From the NCBI GenBank assembly GCA_964394405.1, contig CAYMVY010000001.1, positions 428,585-492,584 on the forward strand: a DNA stretch of 64,000 nt, read 5' to 3'. Below, in pieces: positions 47,671-57,173 of the stretch. The DNA is from an uncultured Gammaproteobacteria bacterium (GTDB lineage Bacteria > Patescibacteriota > Patescibacteriia > Magasanikbacterales > UBA922). The position numbers were made by a program, and so were the translations under genes. Below the pieces are notes generated by a model. The model had not been told where the DNA came from and did not search any database. It worked only from the letters and a program-made list of their open reading frames with translations. Every line of letters starts with the position of its first letter. Position 1 is the stretch's first letter.

Positions 47671-48996
47671 ATGAAATTATTGCATAAAAAAATAGTCATT
47701 GGCGTCGTGCTGCTATTAGGTGCGTTTTTTTTGGTTTCTCACAATACAGTCTATGGTTCAATTGAAGAGCAGGAACAACTACAGACAGAACTCAAAAATA
47801 TTGAAGCAGAAATTAGCAAACTGGAAAAAGAGCTTTCGACCACTAAGGGTGAGAAAAAAACCCTGAGTAATAAAATATATCAGCTGAAACAAGAGCAGAA
47901 TAAAATTAAACTCCAGATACAATCAACCACGATTCGTATCAAGACTCTAGAAGAGAAATTGGCTATTACTGCTGATGAGATTAAAAATGCTGAAGATAAA
48001 ATAGCAGAACTCAAAGGACAATTGAGTACCTTTATACGTCTACTTTATCAAAAGAATCATGAAGCACTAGTATTCCGTTTAATTTTACAAGGACAACTGA
48101 GTGACGCAGTAGTAGAAGTTCGTAATCTTGAACGATTGTCTGATTCAATTGGTGAACTGGTAAGCGAGGTAAAAAAATTAAGAGAAGAATTGGAAAATAA
48201 AAAAGAGGTATATCAGGCAGATCAGGAAGATGCCAACGAACTTTTGAAAATCACTAAAATTCAAAACACGGCATTGGGCGGAAAACTACAGGAACAGAGC
48301 CAGCTTCTCAAAGATACGCAGGGTAAAGAAGAAAATTATCAAAATCTAATCCAAGGAAACAAAAAGCGTGCAGCAGAAATAAAAAGCAGGATTTATGAAT
48401 TACTTGATGTAGGCACACAGATTACATTCGGCGAGGCAGTAACCATTGCAGAGTGGGTAGGTGGACAAACTGGCGTGCAACCATCTCTACTCCTTGCAAT
48501 TTTGACCCAAGAATCCAATCTAGGAAAAAATGTGGGAACCTGTAATCGTCTAGGTGATCCGCCAGAAAAAAGCTGGAAAGTAATTATGAAGCCAGAGCGT
48601 GATCAAGAACCATTTAAGACAATTACTGCAGAACTTGAAAAAGATCCGGATATCACACCAGTGTCTTGTCCAATGAAAAATAAAGATGGGAGTCAACTCG
48701 GCTGGGGAGGTGCAATGGGGCCCGCACAGTTTATTCCATCGACATGGGTGAGGTATAAGGCAAAAGTTTCAGCTATAACTGGTAAAACTCCTGCAGACCC
48801 ATGGGATATTCGAGATGCATTCCTTGCCTCAGCACTACTGCTCAAAGCAAATGGTGCAGACGGTACGCGTAACGGAAATTGGAAAGCAGCGATGCGATAT
48901 TTTTCAGGAGGAACCAATCCCAAATACAGTTTTTACGGGGACAATGTGTTGGCGCTTGCTGATAAGTATGAAGAAGATATCAAAGCGTTGAAATAG
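47671..48996 (+). CDS. secreted coiled-coil protein with C-terminal MltB-like lytic transglycosylase domain
   Basis: 441 aa. Signal/TM, about 230 aa of coiled coil. C-terminal ILTQESNLG and GAMGPAQFIPSTW are hallmarks of MltB/SLT_2. Confidence 0.7.
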   Translation: MKLLHKKIVIGVVLLLGAFFLVSHNTVYGSIEEQEQLQTELKNIEAEISKLEKELSTTKGEKKTLSNKIYQLKQEQNKIKLQIQSTTIRIKTLEEKLAITADEIKNAEDKIAELKGQLSTFIRLLYQKNHEALVFRLILQGQLSDAVVEVRNLERLSDSIGELVSEVKKLREELENKKEVYQADQEDANELLKITKIQNTALGGKLQEQSQLLKDTQGKEENYQNLIQGNKKRAAEIKSRIYELLDVGTQITFGEAVTIAEWVGGQTGVQPSLLLAILTQESNLGKNVGTCNRLGDPPEKSWKVIMKPERDQEPFKTITAELEKDPDITPVSCPMKNKDGSQLGWGGAMGPAQFIPSTWVRYKAKVSAITGKTPADPWDIRDAFLASALLLKANGADGTRNGNWKAAMRYFSGGTNPKYSFYGDNVLALADKYEEDIKALK

Positions 48997-49047
48997 TTCA
49001 CCCCGACTTAGTCGGGATTGGCTTTCCCACTTTCCCCCTATGAACTA

Positions 49048-49689
49048 CTAAAACTGTCTCATGATCCACATAACCTCTTTCGGATAACTCGGAATCACGG
49101 TGCCATTGTAGTAGTATAATTTTTTTTGGATTGAAGGAGTTGAATAGTATCGAGCAGTTTTTGGATTATCACCACAGAGATTCCTTCCCACCTCTGATAT
49201 CGCGTGATCAATGTCTTCAAAAGGAATGCGAGCACCTCCCCATCCAAAGGGATTATTGAATTGCATACGTTTGCCTCCACTTGATTCACGTATGGCGATT
49301 GCGGGGAGTAGTCGCCAATCAAGACCGCATCCATCTGCAACAGACACAAAACTTGCGCCATATCCCTCAAGCGGCATGTTATATTTTTTGAAATATGCAT
49401 CAATTCGCTCGGCGCGATCGTCAATAGATGGAGAAGAGTTGAGGTTGTGAACCATGAGGTAGGCGATAATCACGACAATCGAGATAAAGATGATGAGCAT
49501 ACTCATGGCATGTCTCCGGTAATGGAGAAAGCCTGCAGGGGTCAGCAAGTTTTTTCTCGCAGGGGTATGTGCACCTTTACCGGGCGCTGTATATTTTTTT
49601 GGTCGTGGCATAGAAGCTGTTCGAGAAAAATCCAGAATACTAGTAAGAATATGTAGTATATCAAAAAAACATTTATTAACATAAAACAC
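49048..49689 (-). CDS. membrane-anchored GH73-like glucosaminidase-family peptidoglycan hydrolase (start possibly at MPRPKKY, 49611)
   Basis: AIAIRESSGGKRMQFNNPFGWGG resembles the glucosaminidase (FlgJ/AcmA-type) motif AIlESgwG...NNlFG. N-terminal TM helix. Confidence 0.5.
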   Translation of the reverse strand: MFYVNKCFFDILHILTSILDFSRTASMPRPKKYTAPGKGAHTPARKNLLTPAGFLHYRRHAMSMLIIFISIVVIIAYLMVHNLNSSPSIDDRAERIDAYFKKYNMPLEGYGASFVSVADGCGLDWRLLPAIAIRESSGGKRMQFNNPFGWGGARIPFEDIDHAISEVGRNLCGDNPKTARYYSTPSIQKKLYYYNGTVIPSYPKEVMWIMRQF

Positions 49690-49724
49690 CCTGGTTTAAT
49701 CAGGGTGTTTGTATAATTTCTTGT

Positions 49725-51200
49725 TTACAGTTTGCCCAAATTCAATTCCTCCGTAATACGAATTTGCTCCACAAACTCAGGCATATGAGAAACGAGGATA
49801 ATCGTTCCTTCGTATTCATTGATTGCTTGCGCGATCACAGGGATATGTCTGAAATTAATGTGATTGGTAGGTTCGTCGAGAATAAGAAGTCCCGGTTTTT
49901 GCAATACAAATCGGGCATAGCAGAGCAGTCCTTTCTGCCCCTCTGACAGTGAACCCACGGTATTTTTCATGATATCAGAGGTCAAAAGAAATTGTGCACC
50001 TGTTGCATAAATTTCCTGGTTATCAGGTATATCCATCATTTCAGCGAGAGAATCATATACTGTAGCTTCAAAATCAAGTCCAGAGAAGTCCTGTCGGTAA
50101 TACCCGATTTTTATCCCAGGAGCAATAGTCGCGTGGTCGGCTGGATCAATTGCAAGTTCTTTTAGAAGGGTGCTTTTTCCAACACCGTTAGGCCCTACAA
50201 TCTGAAGTCGATTTCCTTTCCATAGCTTAATATCTACTTTCTTGTGCACACGTTCATGATTGATGATCGCTCCAACGCTTGAGATAGTTACGACAACCTC
50301 AGACCAGGGTTGTGCAGGAATGGTAAATGGGCGGATTGTCTTGTCATCGCGTTTTACATCGACCATGTTTTCTTCATCTTCTTCTACCTGGTCTTTCAGC
50401 TTACTCGCAAGTTTTCGCATCTTACCTCCTTTGTGCGCAAAGAAATTTACTTTATCTTTTTTATCCTGAATATTTTTTCTGAGCTGTGCATTTTTTCGTT
50501 CTTCACGTTCAATTTGTGCTTTGATTTCCTCGATTACATCAAAATAATTTCCCACGTATTGTTCAACTTTTTTGGTGTGAAAATCCACGTTCAAGACTCC
50601 GTCAGTAAATGAGTTCAAGAATGTTGCGTCATGTGAAATAACAATAACCGTCCCTTCGTACATCATGAGGAACCCAGTCAAATGCGCGATGCCGTCAGCA
50701 TCCAGATTGTTTGTAGGTTCATCGAGTAGTAGAATGTCAGGCTTTTGAATGAGTGCGTATGCGAGGAGTAGTCGTGCGTGTTGTCCACCCGAGAGTTCTT
50801 TTATTTTCTTTTGAAGAGGTATTGAAAGATCTACTACAGTTAATACATCATTAACCAATTTTTCGAGATTATATAGATGTTCAGAAAATGCTGTGGCAAA
50901 GTATTCAAGAATGGTTAGTTCAAAAAATTCTTTGGGCATGACCTGTAGACCGATCGCAATAGTCGCATTGTCGGTGATGTGGATACTACCGGAGGTAGGT
51001 TTGAGCACGTCTGGTTTTGTCGAACCAGACGCACCTAGAATAAGTTTGAATATAGTGCTTTTGCCTACACCATTTTGACCCATGATGGTGATTTTTGCAT
51101 TTTCACGAACCGAAAAAGAAGCCTCTTCAAGAATAGGTTTATCATCAGTATAGGAGAACGATACATTGTCAAAGCGAACAATAACATTACCGTGGTTCAT
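49725..51200 (-). CDS. ABC-F family ATPase (two ABC cassettes, no TM domain)
   Basis: 491 aa. Two Walker A (GQNGVGKST, GPNGVGKST) and two signature motifs (LSGGQ, LSEGQ). Confidence 0.85.
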   Translation of the reverse strand: MNHGNVIVRFDNVSFSYTDDKPILEEASFSVRENAKITIMGQNGVGKSTIFKLILGASGSTKPDVLKPTSGSIHITDNATIAIGLQVMPKEFFELTILEYFATAFSEHLYNLEKLVNDVLTVVDLSIPLQKKIKELSGGQHARLLLAYALIQKPDILLLDEPTNNLDADGIAHLTGFLMMYEGTVIVISHDATFLNSFTDGVLNVDFHTKKVEQYVGNYFDVIEEIKAQIEREERKNAQLRKNIQDKKDKVNFFAHKGGKMRKLASKLKDQVEEDEENMVDVKRDDKTIRPFTIPAQPWSEVVVTISSVGAIINHERVHKKVDIKLWKGNRLQIVGPNGVGKSTLLKELAIDPADHATIAPGIKIGYYRQDFSGLDFEATVYDSLAEMMDIPDNQEIYATGAQFLLTSDIMKNTVGSLSEGQKGLLCYARFVLQKPGLLILDEPTNHINFRHIPVIAQAINEYEGTIILVSHMPEFVEQIRITEELNLGKL

Positions 51201-51374
51201 AGTGTGGAAGTAGTTCTAAAATAAATAACTCGCACGTAGGAGTTATTCTGGTGGACAGGTTTTCAGTTAAACAATTAGGCGTACTTGATCAACACATGTC
51301 AGGAGAACTTCTGCCCGGTCACTCATCGCATTCTTTGTTGGACAGGTAGGACTGTGTTGTTGTAAAAAATCAAG

Positions 51375-51448
51375 CGGGCTGGACGGGACTCGAACCCGCA
51401 ACTTCTGCCGTGACAGGGCAGTGCTCTAACCAGTTGAACTACCAGCCC
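51375..51448 (-). tRNA. tRNA-Asp (anticodon GTC)
   Basis: Reverse complement GGGCTGGTAGTTCAACTGGTTAGAGCACTGCCCTGTCACGGCAGAAGTTGCGGGTTCGAGTCCCGTCCAGCCCG. Anticodon loop CTGTCAC. Confidence 0.85.
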
Positions 51449-51704
51449 GTATATGTCAGTCACAGACTGACATGGGTACGGAAATTTACTTTGAATTTTT
51501 CTGTGCCGCAGCTTTTCGAACACGCTTCAGCTTTTTCTTGTCGCGTGTAATTTTGTCCATTTTCCACTGTGCTTTCATTTTATTTCTCATTTTTTTACGC
51601 ATTCCCATAGGAAGTAAAGATAGTCGATTAAATATTCTAGTGAATGAAATATATGATACGTGTTTTTAACAGTTTTGTCAATATGTAGGGGGTTCGCTAT
51701 ATAA

Positions 51705-51795
51705 CAAAAGACCCTTGGTGTGTCCGGCGCGGCAAGGGAGCGAAGGAGGGGGCGCTCCCGCCATCGCCAAACACACGAAAGGTCTTTGGTACAGT
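51705..51795. other. GC-rich nested-hairpin element of unknown function (possible small structured RNA)
   Basis: aaagaccc-ttggtgtgt...acacac-gaaa-ggtcttt outer stem. Inner gggagcg-aaggaggggg-cgctccc hairpin. GC island in AT-rich intergenic DNA between rplT terminator and tRNA-Asp. Confidence 0.25.
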
Positions 51796-51848
51796 GACAA
51801 CTAATACTAGCAAAATGGAATTTGTGTGTCAAGCTTTCTGTGGCTATA

Positions 51849-51877
51849 AAAAAATCTCCATTATGGAGATTTTTTTA
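51849..51877. terminator. bidirectional rho-independent terminator after rplT
   Basis: aaaaaaatctccattatggagattttttt. Confidence 0.55.
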
Positions 51878-51883
51878 TATTTT

Positions 51884-52234
51884 CTAATTTTTTGTCATTG
51901 CTTGGGCAATTGCAGCAAATACCTTTGGATGTTTTTCTGCGATCTGTGAAAGTACTTTTCGGTCAAGAGCAATACCGTGCTTTTTGAGTGATCCCATGAA
52001 TGCGCTATAGGACATTCCATGTTTACGAATCTCAGCATTAATTTTTACCTGCCACAGATTTCGTGTCGTACGTTTTTTGTTTCGTCGATCGCGATATGCG
52101 TGCGCTCCGGCTTTGGTATCGGCAGTTTTTGCAAGTTTCAAGAGTTTTTTGCGTCCACCCTCAAATCCTTTTACTCGTTTGAGAATGTTTGAGCGTCGTT
52201 TTGCATGGCGCATTCCTCGTTTTACTCGTGGCAT
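51884..52234 (-). CDS. rplT: 50S ribosomal protein L20
   Basis: 116 aa. MPRVKRGMRHAKRR... Confidence 0.9.
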   Translation of the reverse strand: MPRVKRGMRHAKRRSNILKRVKGFEGGRKKLLKLAKTADTKAGAHAYRDRRNKKRTTRNLWQVKINAEIRKHGMSYSAFMGSLKKHGIALDRKVLSQIAEKHPKVFAAIAQAMTKN

Positions 52235-52256
52235 ACAATAATACTAATCATTAAAA

Positions 52257-52472
52257 TTATTTTGAAGCGTAGGGAAGAGCATTGAGCACTGTTCGCTTCA
52301 TTGGGGTTGAGGCTCTCTGATCTCGACGTTTGTTGCGTCGAGTATTCCCTGATTCTCGGGAATTAAAATGGTCTTGGCCATCCATGCGTTTGAGCACCTT
52401 CATTCCATGTTTTTTTGATTTCTTTACTTGAAATCTTTTTGCTGTCGCTTTGTGAGTTTTGAGTTTAGACAT
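52257..52472 (-). CDS. rpmI: 50S ribosomal protein L35
   Basis: 71 aa. MSKLKTHKATAKRF... Confidence 0.9.
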   Translation of the reverse strand: MSKLKTHKATAKRFQVKKSKKHGMKVLKRMDGQDHFNSRESGNTRRNKRRDQRASTPMKRTVLNALPYASK

Positions 52473-52559
52473 ATAAATTCATTACGTGGGTTCGAGTATA
52501 TCGCATATGTGTCCTCTCGTCAAGAGGGGAAATGTGAATAGAAATAAGGAAAAATAGTA

Positions 52560-53108
52560 CTATTTTCGTACAATTACTGCGGTTACTTTCTTGCCCTGTC
52601 GTGTAATTTCTTGCTCAAATTTGACTGGAACCGCAGGTTCGAGCTTTTTGAGCATCGTTTCGATTACTTCATTCGCTAGATCTCCCCGAGCGTTTTCTCG
52701 GCCTTTGAGGACGACTTCGAGACGTACTTTGTCTCCGCGCAAGAGAAATTTTTCTGCTTGGTCAGCCTTGATACCAAGATCGTGGTCGCTGATGCGGATG
52801 GAGAGGCGCACCCCTTTGATTTCACTCACGTGTGAGTGTGCTTTCTGTTTGCGTGCTTCTTTCTCTTTTTGATACTTAAATTCAGTGAAATCTATGAGTT
52901 TGACAACCGGCGGAGTACTCTTTGGGTTAATTTCGACCAAATCAAGCTCGCGTTCCTCTGCGAGTGCTCGCGCCTCTACTGAGGTCATGATATTGATACG
53001 TTGACCTTCTTCATCGAGTACCAAAACTTCAGGAGAGTCTATTTCCTGATTTTTTCGGTAATGCGCAATAAGAGGTTTATCTGGTCTTTTTTTACGGGAG
53101 ATTCGCAT
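52560..53108 (-). CDS. infC: translation initiation factor IF-3
   Basis: 182 aa. IF3 N- and C-domains. Standard infC-rpmI-rplT order. Confidence 0.9.
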   Translation of the reverse strand: MRISRKKRPDKPLIAHYRKNQEIDSPEVLVLDEEGQRINIMTSVEARALAEERELDLVEINPKSTPPVVKLIDFTEFKYQKEKEARKQKAHSHVSEIKGVRLSIRISDHDLGIKADQAEKFLLRGDKVRLEVVLKGRENARGDLANEVIETMLKKLEPAVPVKFEQEITRQGKKVTAVIVRK

Positions 53109-53160
53109 ATTTCAAAGTAAAAACTAAAAAGTCAAAAGTAAAAAGAATTTAATTTCACAT
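53109..53160. repeat. short member of the AT-rich intergenic repeat family (aaagtaaaaactaaaaagtcaaaagtaaaaag)
   Basis: Motif similarity to copies 1-4 and to 7150-7190. Confidence 0.35.
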
Positions 53161-53190
53161 GGAGTTTACCATGAGCGAGTCCGAGTCGAA

Positions 53191-53594
53191 TGGTGGAGAT
53201 GCCGGGAATTGAACCCGGGTCTAGACGGGTTACCCCTACAGTCTACATGTGTGTCGATATTTGGGGTAGTAACATGCGATTAAAAAATATCGCAAAATGT
53301 CGCATGCACTCATATGCTAGGTTTCAACAAACTGCGGATATGATACACAGCTTGTCTACACTCGAGCGTGGGTTGGCACCGCGAGCCCGCTATCGAGTAT
53401 CGCGGGTGCGATGGCATGTAGGTTTTAAGCTACAGCAGGAGCAAAGCTAGATACACTGAAAGCTTTCGCTACAGCGCTCTTAGCTCGCTCTAACAAGTTT
53501 GCACTTGTAGGTTTGCCTGAGAGTATACAGAGATCAGGCACTCTGACATGCATATAAAAGATAACGAGTCCGCCTATCGAACCCTGTCATCCCC
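53191..53594 (-). ncRNA. ssrA: tmRNA (ssrA)
   Basis: Minus-strand 5' end GGGGATGACAGGGTTCGATAGGCGGAC matches the tmRNA 5' consensus. 3' end ...CCCGGGTTCAATTCCCGGCATCTCCACCA is the tRNA-like T-arm plus acceptor plus CCA. Internal ORF-like tag ends ...AKAFSVSSFAPAVA-TAA. Immediately downstream of smpB. Confidence 0.75.
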
Positions 53595-53612
53595 ATAAAT
53601 TGTAACGATCAA

Positions 53613-54065
53613 CTACTCATCTCTCCCATATTTCACTGCCCGTTGGAGAGTGCGTTTGTGCTCTTTTTCCTTGATACTTCGGCGTTTATCATAATTCTTT
53701 TTTCCCTTAGCAATGCCGATTTCCATTTTGATCCGAGCGCCCTTAGTATAGAGGGAAAGTGGCACGATTGTCAAGCCGTTCTCCTCGCTTTTTCCGCGTA
53801 AATAACTGATTTCTTTGGCTTTGAGCAGAAGTTTTCTCGTAGCGTCAGGGATATAGTTTTCTCTGCGGGCATATCGATAGGGTCCGATATGCATATTGAC
53901 AACACTCGCTTGTGTTCCCCGGACGATAACAAAACTACCATCCAGTTTGGCACTACCCTGGCGTACAGCCTTGACCTCTCCGCCAGTCAATACCAAGCCA
54001 GCCTCGAGTACTTCGAGGATGTCATAGTCAAATCGAGCTTTTTTGTTTGATGCAAGTGTTGCCAT
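53613..54065 (-). CDS. smpB: SsrA-binding protein SmpB
   Basis: Start at MATLASNKKARFDYDILE. Conserved SmpB core (GGEVKAVRQG...GTQASVVNMHIGPY). Confidence 0.85.
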   Translation of the reverse strand: MATLASNKKARFDYDILEVLEAGLVLTGGEVKAVRQGSAKLDGSFVIVRGTQASVVNMHIGPYRYARRENYIPDATRKLLLKAKEISYLRGKSEENGLTIVPLSLYTKGARIKMEIGIAKGKKNYDKRRSIKEKEHKRTLQRAVKYGRDE

Positions 54066-54104
54066 ATAGAGCAGAGTATAGCGGATTTTTGCTATTTTGC
54101 AAGA

Positions 54105-54587
54105 TTGGAACATAGCGTGTATACTTATACTTATTTGATTATGAATACTATGGAAGAAAATGGAGAGAAAAAAATGAGTATGCCGGCAGTCACAAGTATT
54201 GTGATAGTGGTGGTAATTATCATCGGCACTACTTTTCTCGGTGTATGGCTATATCAGAAATCACAAAAAACAAATACTCAGCCTCAATCTGAAATACCTG
54301 CAGTTGAAACTCCAGTAGAACCAGCACTTTCAGCAGAAGAATTGCGCGAGAATTTTGTACACGCGGTGGATACCTTGATAGAAGAAGTTGCTACGCTAAA
54401 TACACAAACATCTACCGAGCTTATCTCGTATGTTGAGGATCGTCTGATGACTATTCGTGTTCCGAGCGAAGAGAAGGACACCTATCTCAATGTATTCCTC
54501 GCTATAGAAAATTTGAAAAAAACTGAATCAGAATCCGTCGATAGTGTAAAAACAAAAATGATTGAACTAATTTCATCACTACGTTAA
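54105..54587 (+). CDS. hypothetical membrane-anchored acidic protein
   Basis: 160 aa. One TM helix, acidic helical C-terminus. Probably starts at an internal Met. Confidence 0.45.
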   Translation: MEHSVYTYTYLIMNTMEENGEKKMSMPAVTSIVIVVVIIIGTTFLGVWLYQKSQKTNTQPQSEIPAVETPVEPALSAEELRENFVHAVDTLIEEVATLNTQTSTELISYVEDRLMTIRVPSEEKDTYLNVFLAIENLKKTESESVDSVKTKMIELISSLR

Positions 54588-54625
54588 GAGGGTGTGTGTG
54601 AAATGTATTCGGTCTCTGATTTTTA

Positions 54626-55396
54626 GTGGCGTATTATTGTATGAGTCAATCGTTTGTAATAAAAATCTTCTCGTGGATTCTCCCATTTGTTGTCTTATTG
54701 GGAATTCTTATTTTCCCAAAGCCGTTGATTGCCGCAGGACTTTTTTCTTTGTGGATTATGTATCAGAGCTATGTGGCCATCATGTATCGGAGTCGCATAT
54801 ATGAAATCGTGACACAACTCTTCACCATGTTTTCTTTTCTGTGGTTACTCGTATTGGTAGAATCGGTATTGTTGCGGTGGTTTATTGTCATCATGGCGCT
54901 ACCTGTTTTTTTCTTTTTGGTATGGATGAATTCAGAATTTACCGGGAGGCTCGTACATATCAAAGAAAAACCACTTCGTCGTATGCGTATGATGATACAT
55001 GTGTTCAATATGTATGCAGGGGGTATTTCATTTTTTGCACTTGATGTATATTTCCCTTCGATTCCAGCGATAGTGCTTATTGCAGCAGGAGGAGTGTATG
55101 CTGCGATAATCTCTCTACTCATCTGGAAATTATATTTCAAATCGAGCACCACTAGATTCATGATACCACTTGCAGTAGTATTGGTCGGGGTTGCAGAATG
55201 CATATGGGCGATACGATTATCACCATTTGGATATCTGGCGCAAGGATTACTGATAGTATGGATATGGTATGTGATGCAGTTGTTGATACGCTTCCACCTG
55301 AGTCCTCGGGGGATTGTCTGGAGAGAGCAGACAGCATTTTTATCCACGAATGCACTGCTATTCGTACTCATGCTGTGGTTTGTCAGATGGGTGTAG
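54626..55396 (+). CDS. hypothetical polytopic membrane protein (7-8 TM)
   Basis: 256 aa. Highly hydrophobic. Confidence 0.5.
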   Translation: MAYYCMSQSFVIKIFSWILPFVVLLGILIFPKPLIAAGLFSLWIMYQSYVAIMYRSRIYEIVTQLFTMFSFLWLLVLVESVLLRWFIVIMALPVFFFLVWMNSEFTGRLVHIKEKPLRRMRMMIHVFNMYAGGISFFALDVYFPSIPAIVLIAAGGVYAAIISLLIWKLYFKSSTTRFMIPLAVVLVGVAECIWAIRLSPFGYLAQGLLIVWIWYVMQLLIRFHLSPRGIVWREQTAFLSTNALLFVLMLWFVRWV

Positions 55397-55446
55397 AATT
55401 ATTTTTTGTTCAATATTAAATTAGCTCAATTTTAGAATAATGTAGT

Positions 55447-56499
55447 ATGTCCTATCCTCCACATTTACCCGCACATATTTCTCCCGAACAACAGGCGACT
55501 GCATGGGCGCGAATTAGAATTATTGGAATCAGTGTCATCGTGTCTCTCGGAACAGGAATTGTAGGTTCTCTCATTGCATTTGCCTGGATTATTCCAGGAG
55601 GATATACCGGAGACGGCACCTGGGTATCCCGAAGTCAAAATCTGAATGCAGGATCACCCTATAGTGAGCCTGATACGTCAGTTATTCGTAAGGTAAAAAA
55701 TGTCACTGTCGAAGTATTTTTTGATTCGAAAATTCTGGCCAATGGTTTGTACAGTGAAGATGCACGCATTGGAGAGGGTGTGATGCTTACCTCAAATGGG
55801 TGGGGAGTGGTGTATGCGCCAGAACTCAGCATACTCACATCAATTCCAAAGATGAGGGTGCGAGACATGCAGAATATATGGTACACACCAAACCTAGTTG
55901 TTCCTGATAAAGAAAATGGATTAGTATATTTCAAATTATTGGGTACGGAATTTTATGTTACTTCATTTCCCGATTGGAGAACGATTGCTTCTGGTGTCGG
56001 AGTGTGGGCGTTCAATCGGGGTGAGTGGAGACGTGAGACTATCGGCAATCAGGAACATAGTGCGACAGAGCAGGTATTTGTCGCATCAGACGAGCGCATG
56101 CGGTATACATTATTTCCCGAAGGGTTATTATCACGAGGTTTAGTATTCAGTGATGCGGGGAATCTGCTCGGATTCATTGATGAGTCGGGCGCCTTGCGAG
56201 ACGCGTGGATTGTGGAATATTCAATTCCAGAATTACTACAGTCGAGTTCAATACTATCTTCTACCGTAGAGTGGAGAGGTTCGATGGTCGAAGGAGTGGA
56301 GGCAGGAAAAGTAGTGAAGGGATTTCTGATTGATTCAGTTGGCAAGACTGGTGCGACTGTGTTGAGAAGATTTGATGTACTTCGGATGATTAATGGTGTC
56401 GCAGTGACCGAAGCAAATCTGTACCGACTCGTGCGTGAAAAGCCATTAACGGTGACGGTGTGGAGGGAAGGTGAATTATTTGATATACTTATTCCATAA
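55447..56499 (+). CDS. hypothetical membrane-anchored extracytoplasmic protein
   Basis: 350 aa. N-terminal TM helix, then beta-rich. Confidence 0.5.
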   Translation: MSYPPHLPAHISPEQQATAWARIRIIGISVIVSLGTGIVGSLIAFAWIIPGGYTGDGTWVSRSQNLNAGSPYSEPDTSVIRKVKNVTVEVFFDSKILANGLYSEDARIGEGVMLTSNGWGVVYAPELSILTSIPKMRVRDMQNIWYTPNLVVPDKENGLVYFKLLGTEFYVTSFPDWRTIASGVGVWAFNRGEWRRETIGNQEHSATEQVFVASDERMRYTLFPEGLLSRGLVFSDAGNLLGFIDESGALRDAWIVEYSIPELLQSSSILSSTVEWRGSMVEGVEAGKVVKGFLIDSVGKTGATVLRRFDVLRMINGVAVTEANLYRLVREKPLTVTVWREGELFDILIP

Positions 56500-56540
56500 T
56501 AATTATTCTTCACATTTTTCACCTTTAATACTGTCATAGT

Positions 56541-57152
56541 ATGATGGAAACTACGTCTCAATCTCCGCTACGCCGTCTTGCTCGATCAAAAAATTTACTC
56601 GTCGCTGTCGGAGTATTGTCGGGACTCATTGCAGGAGGTGCTACATTACTCTTCCCGCTCAAATATCGCGCAGACGCGGAAGTTTTTATTCTTTCTCAAG
56701 CGCGATTTGGTGTCGATCCATATACTGTTGCAAAATCGGGTGAACGTATTGCAGAAAATCTGGCACAGGTCATGGGCACTGAAGATTTTTATGAAAAAGT
56801 AAAATCAGAAACTGGATACCCCGTGGATTGGTCGAGCTTTGAAAAATTTCAATTGCGTGAAAAATTAAAATTGTGGCAGAAGACCATTTCCCCTGCAGTA
56901 GTATATGGTACAAGTATCTTGACGATCAGCGCATACCATAGAGATACGATGCAGGCGAGCGCGATTGCAGGAGCTGCTGCCAATGCACTCGTTACCAAAT
57001 CAAGTGAATATGTGGGAGGAGATGTATCAATTCGTCTGGTCAGCAGACCGACCGTGACCAAAATTCCGGTAAAACCGAATCCACTGGTAAACGCACTCGG
57101 AGGCGCATTTGTTGGGGCGCTGTTTACTGCATTGATGATTGTAAAGAAATAA
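56541..57152 (+). CDS. Wzz/CpsC-like polysaccharide chain-length-determinant family protein (2 TM, periplasmic loop)
   Basis: 203 aa. TM helices at both ends. N-terminal region resembles the Wzz domain (LLFPLKYRADAEVFI). Confidence 0.5.
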   Translation: MMETTSQSPLRRLARSKNLLVAVGVLSGLIAGGATLLFPLKYRADAEVFILSQARFGVDPYTVAKSGERIAENLAQVMGTEDFYEKVKSETGYPVDWSSFEKFQLREKLKLWQKTISPAVVYGTSILTISAYHRDTMQASAIAGAAANALVTKSSEYVGGDVSIRLVSRPTVTKIPVKPNPLVNALGGAFVGALFTALMIVKK

Positions 57153-57173
57153 ATTTATTCCTGTCTTTTATAT

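Noticed and set aside
51486-51578. 30-aa lysine/arginine-rich minus-strand ORF (MKAQWKMDKITRDKKKLKRVRKAAAQKNSK) between tRNA-Asp and rplT, superficially ribosomal-protein-like
   Set aside because: AT-rich intergenic DNA readily yields K-rich ORFs. There is no SD or promoter context and no match to a known small ribosomal protein that I can recall. Left uncalled.
53190-53450. 86-aa + strand ORF and 51323..51523 (-) 66-aa ORF
   Set aside because: They overlap the tmRNA and tRNA-Asp genes respectively. These are structured RNA loci, not coding.
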